DNA of 64,000 bases from Macrostomum lignano. Taxonomy: Eukaryota. The stretch is from positions 186,001 to 250,000 of the forward strand of contig NIVC01001238.1 of assembly GCA_002269645.1 (NCBI GenBank), given 5' to 3'. Position 1 is the stretch's first letter. Each line of letters begins with the position of its first letter. The position numbers and the translations under genes were made by a program. This document shows positions 10,361 to 21,698 of the stretch, piece after piece. The notes beneath the pieces are model-generated. The model ran no database searches, was not told the DNA's origin, and was given only the letters and a program-made list of their open reading frames with translations.

Positions 10361-11024
10361 ATTCGTTTTTTGCCGCGTGTTGCGTCTCACCGTGGTCCGA
10401 GCGCAAGCAGACCCGGCACGCATGAGCGTGCTTGCAATTCTGGAACTTGCAGCCACCACGGGTGTTGAACTTGAGGCAGACGGGCGCTCCATGAATCACC
10501 GGAATCTTCCTGTCCAGGCGAGAACGGGCATGTTGTGGAGTCTGCTACGGGGCGATGAGGTGCCGTGCCACCAGCGAGAAACTCGGTCGCGCCCAGTCTT
10601 GAATGCCCGCCTGCTGCTCTCTTCTGAATGCGTCGTCGAACCGCATGATCCTGGTGGTGTCGTAACCTGCCTCGACCAGCTCACCGATCTGCACATTGTA
10701 CTGCAAGTACTGCCGAACGCCTTCCAGGTCGAGCTGTCCCCTAGAGATCAGGGCGTCGAGGATGCGCTCGTTGCCGACTATCCGCTGACCGATTCCCAGC
10801 GATTCGGGTTTAGGCTGATTGGCGGTTGCATGCAGCACCTTTTCCCTACGACTCGTCGACGCCGTCCGAGGGTCACAACCGCAGAAATCCGTAACGAGTG
10901 GTGCCGCCCGTAGCCCTGGTTGAGTTACTGAGGGCTCGAACCCGAGGCCTCTGAGCATACTCGGGATATTCATGTCGCTACTACAATCAGAAAGGCTCAT
11001 TAAGAAGCTGATGGTCCACCTCAC
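10360..11024 (-). pseudogene. Gag-like ORF with C-terminal CCCH/CCHH zinc fingers (in-frame TAG at 10545-10547)
   Basis: The ORF 10545-11024 continues in frame past the stop into the zinc-finger pair and ends AAKNE*. Confidence 0.75.
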
Positions 11025-11789
11025 CTGGTCTAAATTGGCCTTCCAGCTGCTGGCGCATTGCTGCCGTCTCTATGTCAAAATCTATTATGGTCTTGTGCGG
11101 CCGAGCTATAGCTCCCAAAATTTTCTGCTGCAGACACAAGAGTTGAAGTTTGTAAGCAGTAGAGCTCAACAAACAAGTAATTACTTACATTTTCATTACT
11201 GGAAGTTACCATTTTCATTAACTATCCCAAACGGCAACAGACGACTTTAAAAATTCTCGAAAGCATGATCGATCGAGTAACGATCGATTCAATCATTTGA
11301 AATGCAACTATGTGTTAACCAAATCACCAAAAGGTCAGCTTCCAGTCATGGTGCTTAAGATATGATGCATATGAATTTTCAGCACCAGAAAGCAAGGCAA
11401 AACAAAGTAAGCAAGAGGCCCTTCACCTTTAGCTGAACTGCACTAAAGAAATATTTATTTTTGATTTTACGTGCTTGATGAATAGTAAATCAGTTTGTGA
11501 AGCTTTTGAAGTAGAAATCCTCAGATGTTTGTTTTTCTCAAGTTAGATTTTTAAATGTAACTTAACCTTTGGCTTTTTAGGAAAAATCGGCTGCAAAAAT
11601 GAGATCAAAAATGAATACGTTGAAAAATGACATCTTACTAGAAATTTTAAAATGGCTCACAAAACTCAGTTATGAAATAGTTTTACAATATATGGAGCTA
11701 AATTTAATTTCTTTTTTTGAAAAAGTTATTTTATCTGCTGGCAGACAAAAAGGCAGTAGACAAAATAATTGTACACTACTTTGTATGCT

Positions 11790-12558
11790 GGCTCATTGGA
11801 AAATAGGAAAAAGTCAATATTTTTGCTTGCCATTGCCCTATTAGCCTATTTTTTTACCAAATGTTTTTTATGTGCAATATATACAATCTAAGAATAAAGG
11901 AATGGTAAAATGTTGGATTAGTATGTTATCAATTGGCAAAAAGTCATTTTTGTAAAAATTTGGACATTTTTCAAAGCAAAAGACATCATTAAGATTTTGT
12001 ACCTTTTAAAAACAAATAGAAAGCTTTTGAAGGTTGAAACAAACTATAGATAAAAGTATGGTACTTGCATCATCAGATAAAAGCATTGGTGACCAAATAA
12101 TCTATTATATTTTTAATGTATTAGTAATTCAAAGTTTTTGAATTGACAGAAAAAAATGTTACAACCATAACGTTACGACCATAAGGCTGCCTTTTCTTTT
12201 GCACCTTTGTTGCCTTTTGAGCTTATATATTCTAATAAAAGAGTATGATTTCTAAAGATGTTCTTAGTCACATTTAAAAAATGTATTGCAAAATATCAAA
12301 AATGAAAAATGTTATAAGACTTTTACCTTTTAGTTTCTATATGTCAAAAATCCTGTCGTTACGACCATAAGTGTCATTTAAGGTTTAATAGTATCTATAC
12401 TAATAATGATATCTATATGAAACTCTATAAATATATTCTAGACAAAATAATCTTTCATTTAAAATTAAAATATTGGTTTAGTATATTCTATTATTAGATT
12501 TCATTTTATAAGTAAAAATAGCCTGTCATGTTATGACCGTGCTTATATGGAATGAGCC
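11790..12558. mobile_element. Non-autonomous TIR element (769 bp) with GGCTCATT termini and 4-bp TSD TGCT
   Basis: TGCT-GGCTCATTGGA...TGGAATGAGCC-TGCT. Internal repeated GTTACGACCATA-like motif at ~12159, 12172, 12358 and ~12530. Confidence 0.5.
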
Positions 12559-13078
12559 TGCTAGCATTGTTTGTTTAAATTATAATTCATATTTGTAAAA
12601 ACTAAATGATAAACCTCTAATTATGATGTAGAAAGCAATTATAACATATTATCTAACCTAAAGAAGTAAAAAACAAAACACAATCTTTTTGAATAATGTT
12701 TGTCTTTGACTTTTGGTTTTAAACAAAATGATCTAGTCAATATATGTCTATATCTAAATATAGCTTATTTAAGATTAGGATTATTTACTCTAAGCCCTTA
12801 AAAATTGCCATGAAAAAAGATAAATAATTAGCTAGGCCTATTTATAATCAAGATGAGTCATGATAAACCAATGTGGCCACAAGGCAAACCTATTTTTTAT
12901 TGCTTTGAAGAGAAGGCTGAGAGGAGGTTAGGGTATAGAAATAAAAGCTCGTTCTCTCTTATCAATTTCCCTTATTTTAAACTCTATGAGTATGATTCTA
13001 TATCTTATTTGCCATTGCCAAACTATCTAGTTTTAGATAGGCCTAGCTTTTGAATAACCAATAGTCCCTAGGCAATAT

Positions 13079-13512
13079 CCATGGTCAGGAAGGTGTGCTG
13101 TGTGTGCCGCAACAAATCCTTTGCAATTTTTTTAACTTTGCGCCATGTGCCAAAAAAATTAATGTATTCAGGTATATAATTTTACATGTTTTTTAATTTT
13201 TTGCTTTTAGTTTAAAAAACTACGATTGTTGTAATATTTTTTAGGTATACATATATAATGTTACTATAATTTAAAAAACCTTTTTGTACCATTTTAAATT
13301 TTGAAAAGCAAGTTTGTCATTGTGTTTCATATTTTATATGTGAACTAAAAAGTTAATACAGTATAGACTGCACTAGGTAAGACACTTCGTGCGTTCTATG
13401 GCACACATGGCATACATCAAATTTTCTTTTACACCATTTGCGCCGTGTGCGCCAAAAAATATTCTGTGTGCGCCGCAATTTTGCCTGAAATCTACCACCT
13501 TCCTGACTGTGG
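13079..13512. mobile_element. hAT-like MITE (434 bp)
   Basis: TIR CCAYRGTCAGGAAGGTG at both ends; 8-bp TSD GGCAATAT / GTCAATAT (7 of 8 match); subterminal GTGTGC(G)CC motifs. Confidence 0.7.
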
Positions 13513-14134
13513 GTCAATATTATATTATTGAAAATTAGGCCTATACTTGTTAATTTAGCCCATGGTCAAAGTTATAGTTAAGAAATAAAACATCATAATA
13601 GTCTTTTGATATCTATAGGCCTATACCCTAGGAGCTAGAATAGCCAATAATAATTTAGAGGTTAAAAGTTATTTCTCTTTGCAAAAGCTGATTTATAGCA
13701 ATGCCTAGGCTATACTGTGGCCAGTGGCCACCTTAAACATATGCCCATAGGGTGCCCCTATTAAGTTTGAGTTTTATTGTTTTTATATAGAAAATACACA
13801 TTATTGTATATATATATATACATGTGTATAATATATATTTATGTTAACATATACCAGCTTAGTAATCTGTGCCCCCCTCTCTATTCAAAATTTTTGGGAT
13901 TTGTACCTATCAAGATAATGTTTATTATGTGTTAGAAAATTTTTAGACAATTCTTTTTTTCATCAAATTTTTAACTTTATCAATTTTTATTTATTATATA
14001 TTAATGTCTAAAAATTATTTAGTAATATAATAAATTGTTTAAGGCTAATTATGATAAAGAAAGTGCTTATTAAAAAGTAGCACTAAATAATCTAAAGCCA
14101 GTTTATATAGTGTATTAGTTTAATACAAATTTGA

Positions 14135-14169
<35 letters not shown>

Positions 14170-14411
14170 GGTAGTTTAGCAATAAAGACTAGCTGACAAC
14201 AATTAAACATTTAGAAACTAGTCCTAGCTAGCAATTACAAGTTTAAATCTCACTTTTAGACATACAGGTAGAAGCTGATGTTGGGCTTACAATGCTTTCT
14301 TAAATAAATTTTTAATATAAATATTGTCTTTTTGTTTTGAGGTTATTTATTCTAAGTTTCAAAAGAAAATATACATATGTTATACTTTATATATCACAAT
14401 ATAGCTGACCT

Positions 14412-14736
14412 ATTTTAGATAGAGGCAAGGAGCTATGTGCATCCTAGTACACTTTAAGTGACATTGTCTTACAAATGGCAATAGGCATTATTGCCCATCC
14501 CACTAACTCAGCTGAGCAGGCACATAAGCACACGGATACATGCATAGGCATACCCACAGACACACACAGAAGTGTACAGTAGCCCTAACTATTTATTGTT
14601 ATACATGTGCACTTCACTGTGCCTTGGGGGTTGGCCTTCAAGGGCATTAATTGCACAAGCAGAGCCAAGCCGAGATTCTAATTTAGCCCCAAATTAATAT
14701 GACTGCACTTGGAATCAAGCCTGGGCTGCTGGCACA
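14412..14736 (-). mobile_element. 5'-truncated copy of the SINE at 4012-4377
   Basis: The reverse complement aligns by eye from TGTGCCAGC..CCCAGGCT.GATTCCAAGTGCAGTC through the tail. Confidence 0.85.
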
Positions 14737-14940
14737 TCTAAGTAGAGAGTTGATTGAAATGATGTTTTATCGAGACAGACAAAGGCAAAAAATAAGAGTA
14801 CGCAAGGAATTTAATGCAAATTTTTATGGCCACTCAACTTTAAAATAAAAAAATTTGAGCCAAATCGCACTACTTTAAGTAAGCAAGATGGAACAGTGCC
14901 TCATGTGCCTCATATATTGCATTGATTTCTGTGCATGCAG

Positions 14941-16877
14941 GCCATGAAGAAGAGCCCGGCCGTGAAGGCCGCCCTAATTGATGGCCTGCTGTCAGACTCG
15001 GCCACTCACATTCACATGCTGCTGCAGAGCCAGGACCGGCAGCTCATGTCAGACACGATGCAGCAGCTGGCTCAGAATCCCAAATCTATTGATGCATTTC
15101 TGCGCATCCTGACCGAGTTAGTTGCCAAGCACCCGCAGTCCGCTAGCCAGGCTTTGCAGTGGCTCAATCGCTTGGTTGAAACCCACTCTGGCTACATCAT
15201 GTCCTCGCCTGACCTCATCAATCGGCTGGGACAATTGAGATCGCAGCTGCAGGTATAAAATAAGATTTTTTTGTCCATTATATATTTGAATATCGGATGC
15301 AAGCCAAGTATGGTATGCCCAACACGCTTAGCGTCCCAATAAACACCCCAGAATAATGGCTGTCCCAATAAACACCTCAGAATAATGGCTGTCCCAATAA
15401 ACACCCCAGAATAATGGCTGTCCCAATAAACACCCCAGAATAATGGCTGTCCCAATAAACACCCCAAGAATAATGGTTGTCCCAATAAACACCCCAGAAT
15501 AATGGTTGTCCCAATCAAAACCTCAGAATAATGGTTGTCCCAATAAATACCTCAGAATAATGGTTGTCCCAATAAACACCCCAGAATAATGGTTTTCCCA
15601 ATAAACACCCCAGGGTAATGGGTAGTCCCAAAACACCTTAAAGAACCACTCCAATAGAAAAGCTTTAACAAAATCGCCCGATAAACATCCCTAAACAGAA
15701 TCGCCCGATAAACATCCCTAAACAGAATCGCCCGATAAACATCCCTAAACAGAATCGCCCGATAAACATCCCTAAACAGAATCGCCCGATAAACATCCCT
15801 AAACAGAATCGCCCGATAAACAACCCTAAACAGAATCGCCCGATAAACATCCCTAAACAGAATCGCCCGATAAACACCCCTAAACCGAATCGCTCATATG
15901 AATACTGCGGCAATAAAAACCCTAGTTTAAATGGTCCCAGCCTCCAAAAAAATAATTTTTGCCACCCGGTGACAAAACGTGGCAGACACGGCTAGCCAGC
16001 ATGCAGCGGCTGCTCATGCTCAAGGGCCGGCTGGACTTGCTGCTCAGCCTGACGGACAATCGGAGAGCAGCGGCGGCCAATGGAACAGACGCCTGCGCCA
16101 GGCAGAAGCCGGCCGTGACCCACCGCGACAGCGACTCGGAGTTGACGGAGAGCTCCGACGGCGAAGCAGGCGACGGATCCGAGGCCGAGGAACCTGACGA
16201 CTTGGCCGGACAGCTGCTGGGCAATGTCGGCTCCTCATCTGGATCGGAGGCTGGACCAGACGATTATCTTGATGACGTGCGTTGATAGGGCTGTTGTCTG
16301 GCATGGCGTTTTCATGCTGGGTAGCTAATTATGCCGATTCTAATCTGGGTAGCTAATTATGCAGATTCTAATCTGGGTAGCTAATTATGCAGATTCTAAT
16401 CTGGGTAGCTAATTATGCAGATTCTAATCTGGGTAGCTACTTATGCAAATTCTAATCTAAGTAGCTAATTATGCGGATTCTAATCTGGGTAGCTACTTAT
16501 GCAAATTCTAATCTAAGTAGCTAATTATGCGGATTCTAATCTGAGTAGCTAATTATGCAGATTCTAATCTGGGTAGCTAATTATGCAGATTCTAATCTGG
16601 GTAGCTAATTATGCAGATTCTAATCTGGGGCGGCAGCATACTCAAAAAACCTCCTCTCAACTAAAACTCCCAAACTCAACAGGCAGAGGACGGCGACGTC
16701 GACATGAGCGACGAGGATGCCAGCGAAGGCGACGGCGAGGAGGGCGAAGGCGGCAGCGAAGACGCTGAAGGCGACTCCGACGACGAGGAGTTCGAGGACG
16801 ATGAAGAGGGCAGCGGGTTCAGCAGCGACGAGGCCGCTGGAGGCGGGGCGTCCAAACGGGCCGCGCTGAGCGGCTGA
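14941..16877 (+). CDS. WDR43: WDR43/UTP5 3' exons (Utp12 domain plus acidic tail): 14941-15252, 15986-16276, 16683-16877
   Basis: QWLNRLVETHSGYIMSSPDLINRLGQLRSQLQ|TRLASMQRLLMLKGRLDLLLS fits the WDR43 C-terminal domain, followed by an Asp/Glu-rich tail. All junctions are phase 0 GT-AG. No 5' WD40 exons were found in the window. Confidence 0.8.
15335..15890. repeat. Two intronic minisatellites: 29-bp (GTCCCAATAAACACCCCAGAATAATGGCT, ~15335-15620) and 27-bp (ATCGCCCGATAAACATCCCTAAACAGA, ~15675-15890)
   Basis: Directly visible tandem arrays in a WDR43 intron. Confidence 0.95.
16320..16627. repeat. 28-bp intronic minisatellite (GGGTAGCTAATTATGCAGATTCTAATCT)
   Basis: About 11 tandem copies. Confidence 0.95.
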
Positions 16878-17059
16878 GAAGCGTTTTTTCATCTCTGCCT
16901 TTTTAAATAACTTTTATGTGCATTTTTTAGTAACCATCAAGTATATGAAGCAGTGCACCCACCTTTGCTGACATTTCTGACTAGGGAATTTTGTCCTCTC
17001 CCAGCCTCGCTTATTTCGGTTTATTTGAAGTGCCATTTGGATTGTAGCCTGCTTAGTCA

Positions 17060-17835
17060 CTCTCCAGTGACCTACTCCACTCTCCAGTGACCTACTCCAC
17101 TCCCCAGTGACCTACTCCACTCTCCAGTGACCTACTCCACTCTCCAGTGACCTACTCCACTCTCCAGTGACCTACTCCACTCTCCAGTGACCTACTCCAC
17201 TCTCCAGTGACCTACTCCACTCTCCAGTGACCTACTCCACTCTCCAGTGATCTACTCCACTCTCCAGTGACCTACTCCACTCTCCAGTGACCTACTCCAC
17301 TCTCCAGTGATCTACTCCACTCTCCAGTGATCTACTCTACTCTCCAGTGACCTCCACTCTTCAGTGACCTACTCCATTCTCCACTCTCCAGTGACCTACT
17401 CCACTCTCCACTCTCTAGTGACCTTCTCCACTCTCCACTCTCCAGTGATCTACTCCACTCTCCAATGACCTCCACTCTTCAGTGACCTACTCCATTCTCC
17501 ACTCTCCAGTGACCTACTCCACTCTCCACTCTCTAGTGACCTTCTCCACTCTCCACTCTCCAGTGATCTACTCCACTCTCCAATGACCTCCACTCTTCAG
17601 TGACCTACTCCACTCTCCACTCTCTAGTGACCTTCTCCACTCTCCACTCTCCAGTGACCTACTCCACTCTCCAGTGACCTTCTCCACTCTCCAATGATCT
17701 ACTCCACTCTCCAGTGATCTACTCTACTCTCCAGTGACCTCCACTCTTCAGTGACCTACTCCATTCTCCACTCTCCAGTGACCTACTCCACTATCCACTC
17801 TCCAGTGACCTACTCCACTCTCCAGTGACCTACTG
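17060..17835. repeat. 20-bp minisatellite (CTCTCCAGTGACCTACTCCA), degenerating distally
   Basis: Directly visible. Confidence 0.95.
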
Positions 17836-18034
17836 GACTACTCTTGAGTGACCTACTAGACTACTAGTAACCTATTAGGCAACTCTCCAGAGGCTTGAGA
17901 CATACCATTCACTCACTCATTATTACCGGACCTTTAGTTATTAAAGTCAGACAGAAGGATCAGCATATATTCCTACTGTTGAGTAGTGCGATCAGCATGT
18001 TGTTATCTTGAAGCAGCTGCTACATTGAAATCCA

Positions 18035-19584
18035 ATGCGTTTCCAGCAGTGCCTGCAGTCCGCTCGCATGCTGCTCTGCTCTCGCTGCGCCTGCCGGATG
18101 CTGGGGCGACTCAGTCCGACCGGCCGCTCGCTATCAAAAGACACCTCCCAGGAGGTGCCCACTAGCTTCAATGATGACCTAGAAGAGAATAAAACTTCCG
18201 TGACTATTCTTAATGAGGATAAATCCATGGTCTTCTTTGAGCGATTCGGCCGCTACGGCTTCAAGCTTAGCACGGGGATCTTCGTGCTCGGCCCCGTGCT
18301 GGCATTCCCGAAGTCCGTGTTCAGCTGGAGAGTGTCCGGAACGGGCGATATTGGCCCGGCCAGCCTGTCCGTTCTGCAGGTCCTCTACCCCCGGCCTGAC
18401 ATCTTCCTGTTGGGCAAAGGCGACCCGACTGCTAACCTGGATAGCTCGGCTCTGAACACCTGGTTTAGGTATAATTAGCTATGCTCTGGCTTTTTCCTGA
18501 TTGGCTGACGCAGATTGCTGTGTGCTGATTGGCTGACGCAGATTGCTGTGTGCTGATTGGCTGACGCAGATTGCTGTGTGCTTATTGGCTGACGCAGATT
18601 GCTGTGTGCTTATTGGTAACTGATTAGCTGATAAACTAAGCAGATAGCTGATTGGCTGATAAACTAATCAGGTAGCTGATTGGCTAGTAAACTAAGCAGG
18701 TAGCTGATTGGCTGATAAACTGAGCAGGTAGCTGATTGGCTGATAAACTGAGCAGGTAGCTGATTGGCTGATAAACTGAGCAGGTAGCTGATTGGGTGGT
18801 AAACTGAGCAGGTAGCTGATTGGCTGATAAACTGAGCAGGTAGCTGATTGGGTGGTAAACTGAGCAGGTAGCTGATTGGCTGGTAAACTGAGCAGGTAGC
18901 TGATTGGGTGGTAAACTGAGCAGGTAGCTGATTGGCTGGTAAACTGAGCAGGTAGCTGATTGGGTGGTAAATTGAGCAGGTAGCTGATTGGCTGGTAAAC
19001 TGAGCAGGTGCTAACTATCTCATTTGCTGCCGCATCCTGTCTCCAGGGAGCTGCGTATCAACTGGGAGATTCTGCCCACAGAGGAGGCGCTCACCACTTT
19101 CAACTTCCTGAACTCTGAGGGCCGCCACGTTGCTGGCGCCTTCCTGCCGCCCAGCATGCGCGACATGTACAAGGAGGATCTGCAGGCGCTGGAGGTGGAC
19201 AAGCGGCGCCGGGCGAACTACCAGCTGCTGGAATCCACGGGCGGCCACTACCGTAGCGAGCTGCTGGACTCGCCGCCGCAGCAGCCATCCGAGCGGACTT
19301 TTCGCGATGCCGCCGCCTCATCGCTGGACTCGCTGAAGCGCCCGAGCTCGGCTGCGTTCGCCGAGTACCAGCGGCGACAGTGGGTGGCCGAGGAGGCCGG
19401 CGAGAACTACCAAACGGCGAGGGCGGCTCAGAGGGCGAAGGCACACGCCCAGCTGCAGACGGACCGGCAGCGGCAGGTTGAAGAGGCCAAGCGCCGCGTG
19501 AAAGACGAGCAAGAGGGCCTGGACGGAGCTGACGGCGACGGCGAGGCCAGAGACGACGGACGTCCTGGTGGACAGAAAAAGTAG
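18035..19584 (+). CDS. NDUFAF3: NDUFAF3 (complex I assembly factor, MTH938-like domain); exons 18035-18468 and 19047-19584; about 323 aa
   Basis: FGRYGFKLSTGIFVLGPVLAFPKSVFSWRV...LYPRPDIFLLGKG and WEILPTEEALTTFNFLNSEGRHVAGAFLPP. The phase-2 junction AG|G restores Arg. The Arg-rich N-terminus resembles a mitochondrial targeting peptide; the exact start codon is uncertain. Confidence 0.85.
18497..19010. repeat. Two adjacent 28-bp minisatellites sharing the TGATTGGCTGA core
   Basis: TGATTGGCTGACGCAGATTGCTGTGTGC about 4 copies, then TGATTGGCTGATAAACTGAGCAGGTAGC about 14 copies. Confidence 0.95.
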
Positions 19585-19824
19585 CTGCATCGACTTTCTG
19601 GTAGTATCTTAGCAAATCTGCAAGCCCAGCATCTCCTAGCAGAACTCTCACCAATCAACTCTGAGCAGTGCAGCTTCTTGACCTCAAATTTCGCATTGTA
19701 GTTGTTTTGCTTAAAAATATAATCCACTTCTGATGGCTAGAACTGAAGTTTGAAGTCTGTCGTTTTGCAATTCAATTTGTGAAGAATTCTTTATGATTTC
19801 GGCTTTTTGCTTTTTGCTCAGATT

Positions 19825-20410
19825 CTTGACACACCATTCAGATTCTCGTGACACCATTCAGATTCTTGTAACACCATTCAGATTCTTGACACACCATTCA
19901 GATTCTCGTGACACCATTCAGATTCTCGTGAAACCATCTAGGCTCTTGTGACACCATTCAGATTCTCGTGACACCATTCAGATTCTCGTGACAACATTCA
20001 GATTCTCGAGACACCATTCAGATTCACGTAACATTATTCAGATTGTCGTGACAACATTCCGATTCTCATGACACCATTCAGATTCTCATGACACCATTCA
20101 GATTCTCGTGACACCATTCAGATTCTCATGACACCATTCAGCTTCTCATGACACCATTCAGCTTCTCATGACACCATTCAGCTTCTCATGACACCATTCA
20201 GATTCTCGTGACACCATTCAGATTCTCGTGACACCATTCAGATTCTCGTGACACCATTCAGATTCTTGAGACACTATTCAGGTTCTCGTGACATCATCTA
20301 GATTCCCGTGACAACATTCAGATTCCCGTGGTACCATTTAGCTTCTCAACACCATTCAGATTCTCGTGACAACATTCAGATTCTCAACACCATTCAGATT
20401 CTCGTGACAC
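19825..20410. repeat. 20-bp minisatellite (GATTCTCGTGACACCATTCA)
   Basis: Directly visible. Confidence 0.95.
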
Positions 20411-20703
20411 CATCCAATTTATTCAGGCAGTTATGGAGTAAGAATTATGTGGATTACTCTAATGGAGTTGTCCTCGCAGTTTCCATACCTATTGCAATAG
20501 TCACTCACTCCTGACTGCAGCTGTGCAAGCCCTGTGTGGTCCCCCAACCCTAATGCGCAAGCAGTGCACGCAAATGAACGCAAACACTCGGCGATTTCTC
20601 GCAGCGGGTTAATAATTAACAACCGGCATTTGCCTTGCATTGTCACGCTTGCTCTGGGAACTCCGGGGCCTCCAATTAACGATTCTACTACTCCGGCGAT
20701 CCC

Positions 20704-20904
20704 GTTGTCATGGCAACCGTTTCCAGCCGTGATTGAGCTTACGCTCGTAGAATGTGAAAATTCTATCGGATAAGCAGAGAGCACATCGGCTTTAACGGGA
20801 TTGGTTGCCTTGACAACCAGGTGGATTGGATGGATAATCCGATATTGGTTTAGCATACCGCTGCGTATTGTTTGGCCTGTTGGAACTGGGGAGCGGCCAT
20901 ATAA
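20704..20904 (+). promoter_or_regulatory. Putative RFX-dependent promoter: two X-boxes (20704-20717 GTTGTCATGGCAAC; 20804-20817 GTTGCCTTGACAAC) and TATAA at 20900
   Basis: Both sites are near-palindromic matches to GTTGCCATGGCAAC. A GTGAGT donor at 20981 and an acceptor at 21688 follow, 10 nt before the ATG of a dynein light chain gene. Confidence 0.65.
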
Positions 20905-21167
20905 CTACACGAGAATACCTGCCTTAATCCTGTTATTAGCCAGCATTGAGAGCTGATTGACCCGCTGCTCAATTCTTTCGGTGAGTTCTTTGCGCAGATT
21001 TGGAACATTTATAGTTATACTTGTACTTGCGTAGCAACTGACTGGAAATTGACAGCTCGGCTCGGCCCTTACCTCGAATATTCGTGCTCAGCTGCGAGTG
21101 CATGTCGGGGGGAGTCGCTTTTGATATCTGAGAAATCACCTGGGTTGTCTGAGAAAAGTTAGTATAA

Positions 21168-21355
21168 GGAAGTGCTGCTAGGATGTCAGATGAGCCCACT
21201 TTGGGTGTCAGGAAGTGCTGCTAGGGATGTCAGATGAGCCACTTTGGGTGTCAGGAAGTGCCGCTAGGGATGTCAGATGAGCCACTTTGGGTGTCAGGAA
21301 GTGCTACTTAGGGTGTCAGATGAGCCCACTTTGGGTGTCAGGAAGTGCTACTTAA
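21168..21355. repeat. ~43-bp tandem repeat, about 4 copies
   Basis: Unit GGAAGTGCTGCTAGGGATGTCAGATGAGCCCACTTTGGGTGTCA. Confidence 0.9.
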
Positions 21356-21439
21356 GGTACTAAAGTAGCCCATTCAGGTAGCCCAAGATAGAAATTTTTA
21401 TGTCAGAAAAACCTATCTCTGGGTGTCATGAGCTATTTA

Positions 21440-21620
21440 GGGTGTCAGAGGTCAGGGGGGCTGTCGTTCGATTCACAGCCATTTGGGCCAACCCCCGAGG
21501 CACAGAGAGTACATGCCTTACGATTAGAAAGTCGGGGCCGCTGCTATTGTGTGAGCGTGTGTACAGTATGAGCGCACAATTGTATATGCTCAGCAGAATG
21601 GGCATAATTGTGCTAGGGTG
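21440..21620 (+). mobile_element. Diverged SINE-related fragment sharing the central GGGCCAACCCCC.AGGC.CAG core
   Basis: GTTCGATTC B-box-like site, then similarity to 4150-4290. Confidence 0.5.
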
Positions 21621-21698
21621 GCTGCAACCCTCCCGCGGATTTTTATTTGATCGATCTTCGCCGCATCTCTCGCGCATTCCTTTGGCAGCCAGACGCCA

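Larger units (their letters stand above)
7809..11024 (-). mobile_element. Decayed tyrosine-recombinase retrotransposon (DIRS order, Ngaro-like): gag, RT-RNase H, YR
   Basis: Gag zinc fingers CLKFNTRGGCKFQNCKHAHACRVCLRSDH (~10365-10460). RT motifs SALGAIPK, KIDLKEAYRSV, RLSFG, GYLDDF. RNase H ETDAC, HINVKE, HVPG...LADPASR. YR motifs WAPSTRASY, FWALLRKAN, SKTNQ, CPV, SLRRGGA. Several stops and frameshifts. Confidence 0.9.

Noticed and set aside
7631-10913. Plus-strand ORFs overlapping the retrotransposon (for example 8176-8535, 8892-9326, 10377-10913)
   Set aside because: They are antisense shadows of GC-rich minus-strand coding sequence.
20431-20856. 141-aa minus-strand ORF
   Set aside because: No recognisable domain; the region is better explained as the X-box promoter of the downstream plus-strand gene.
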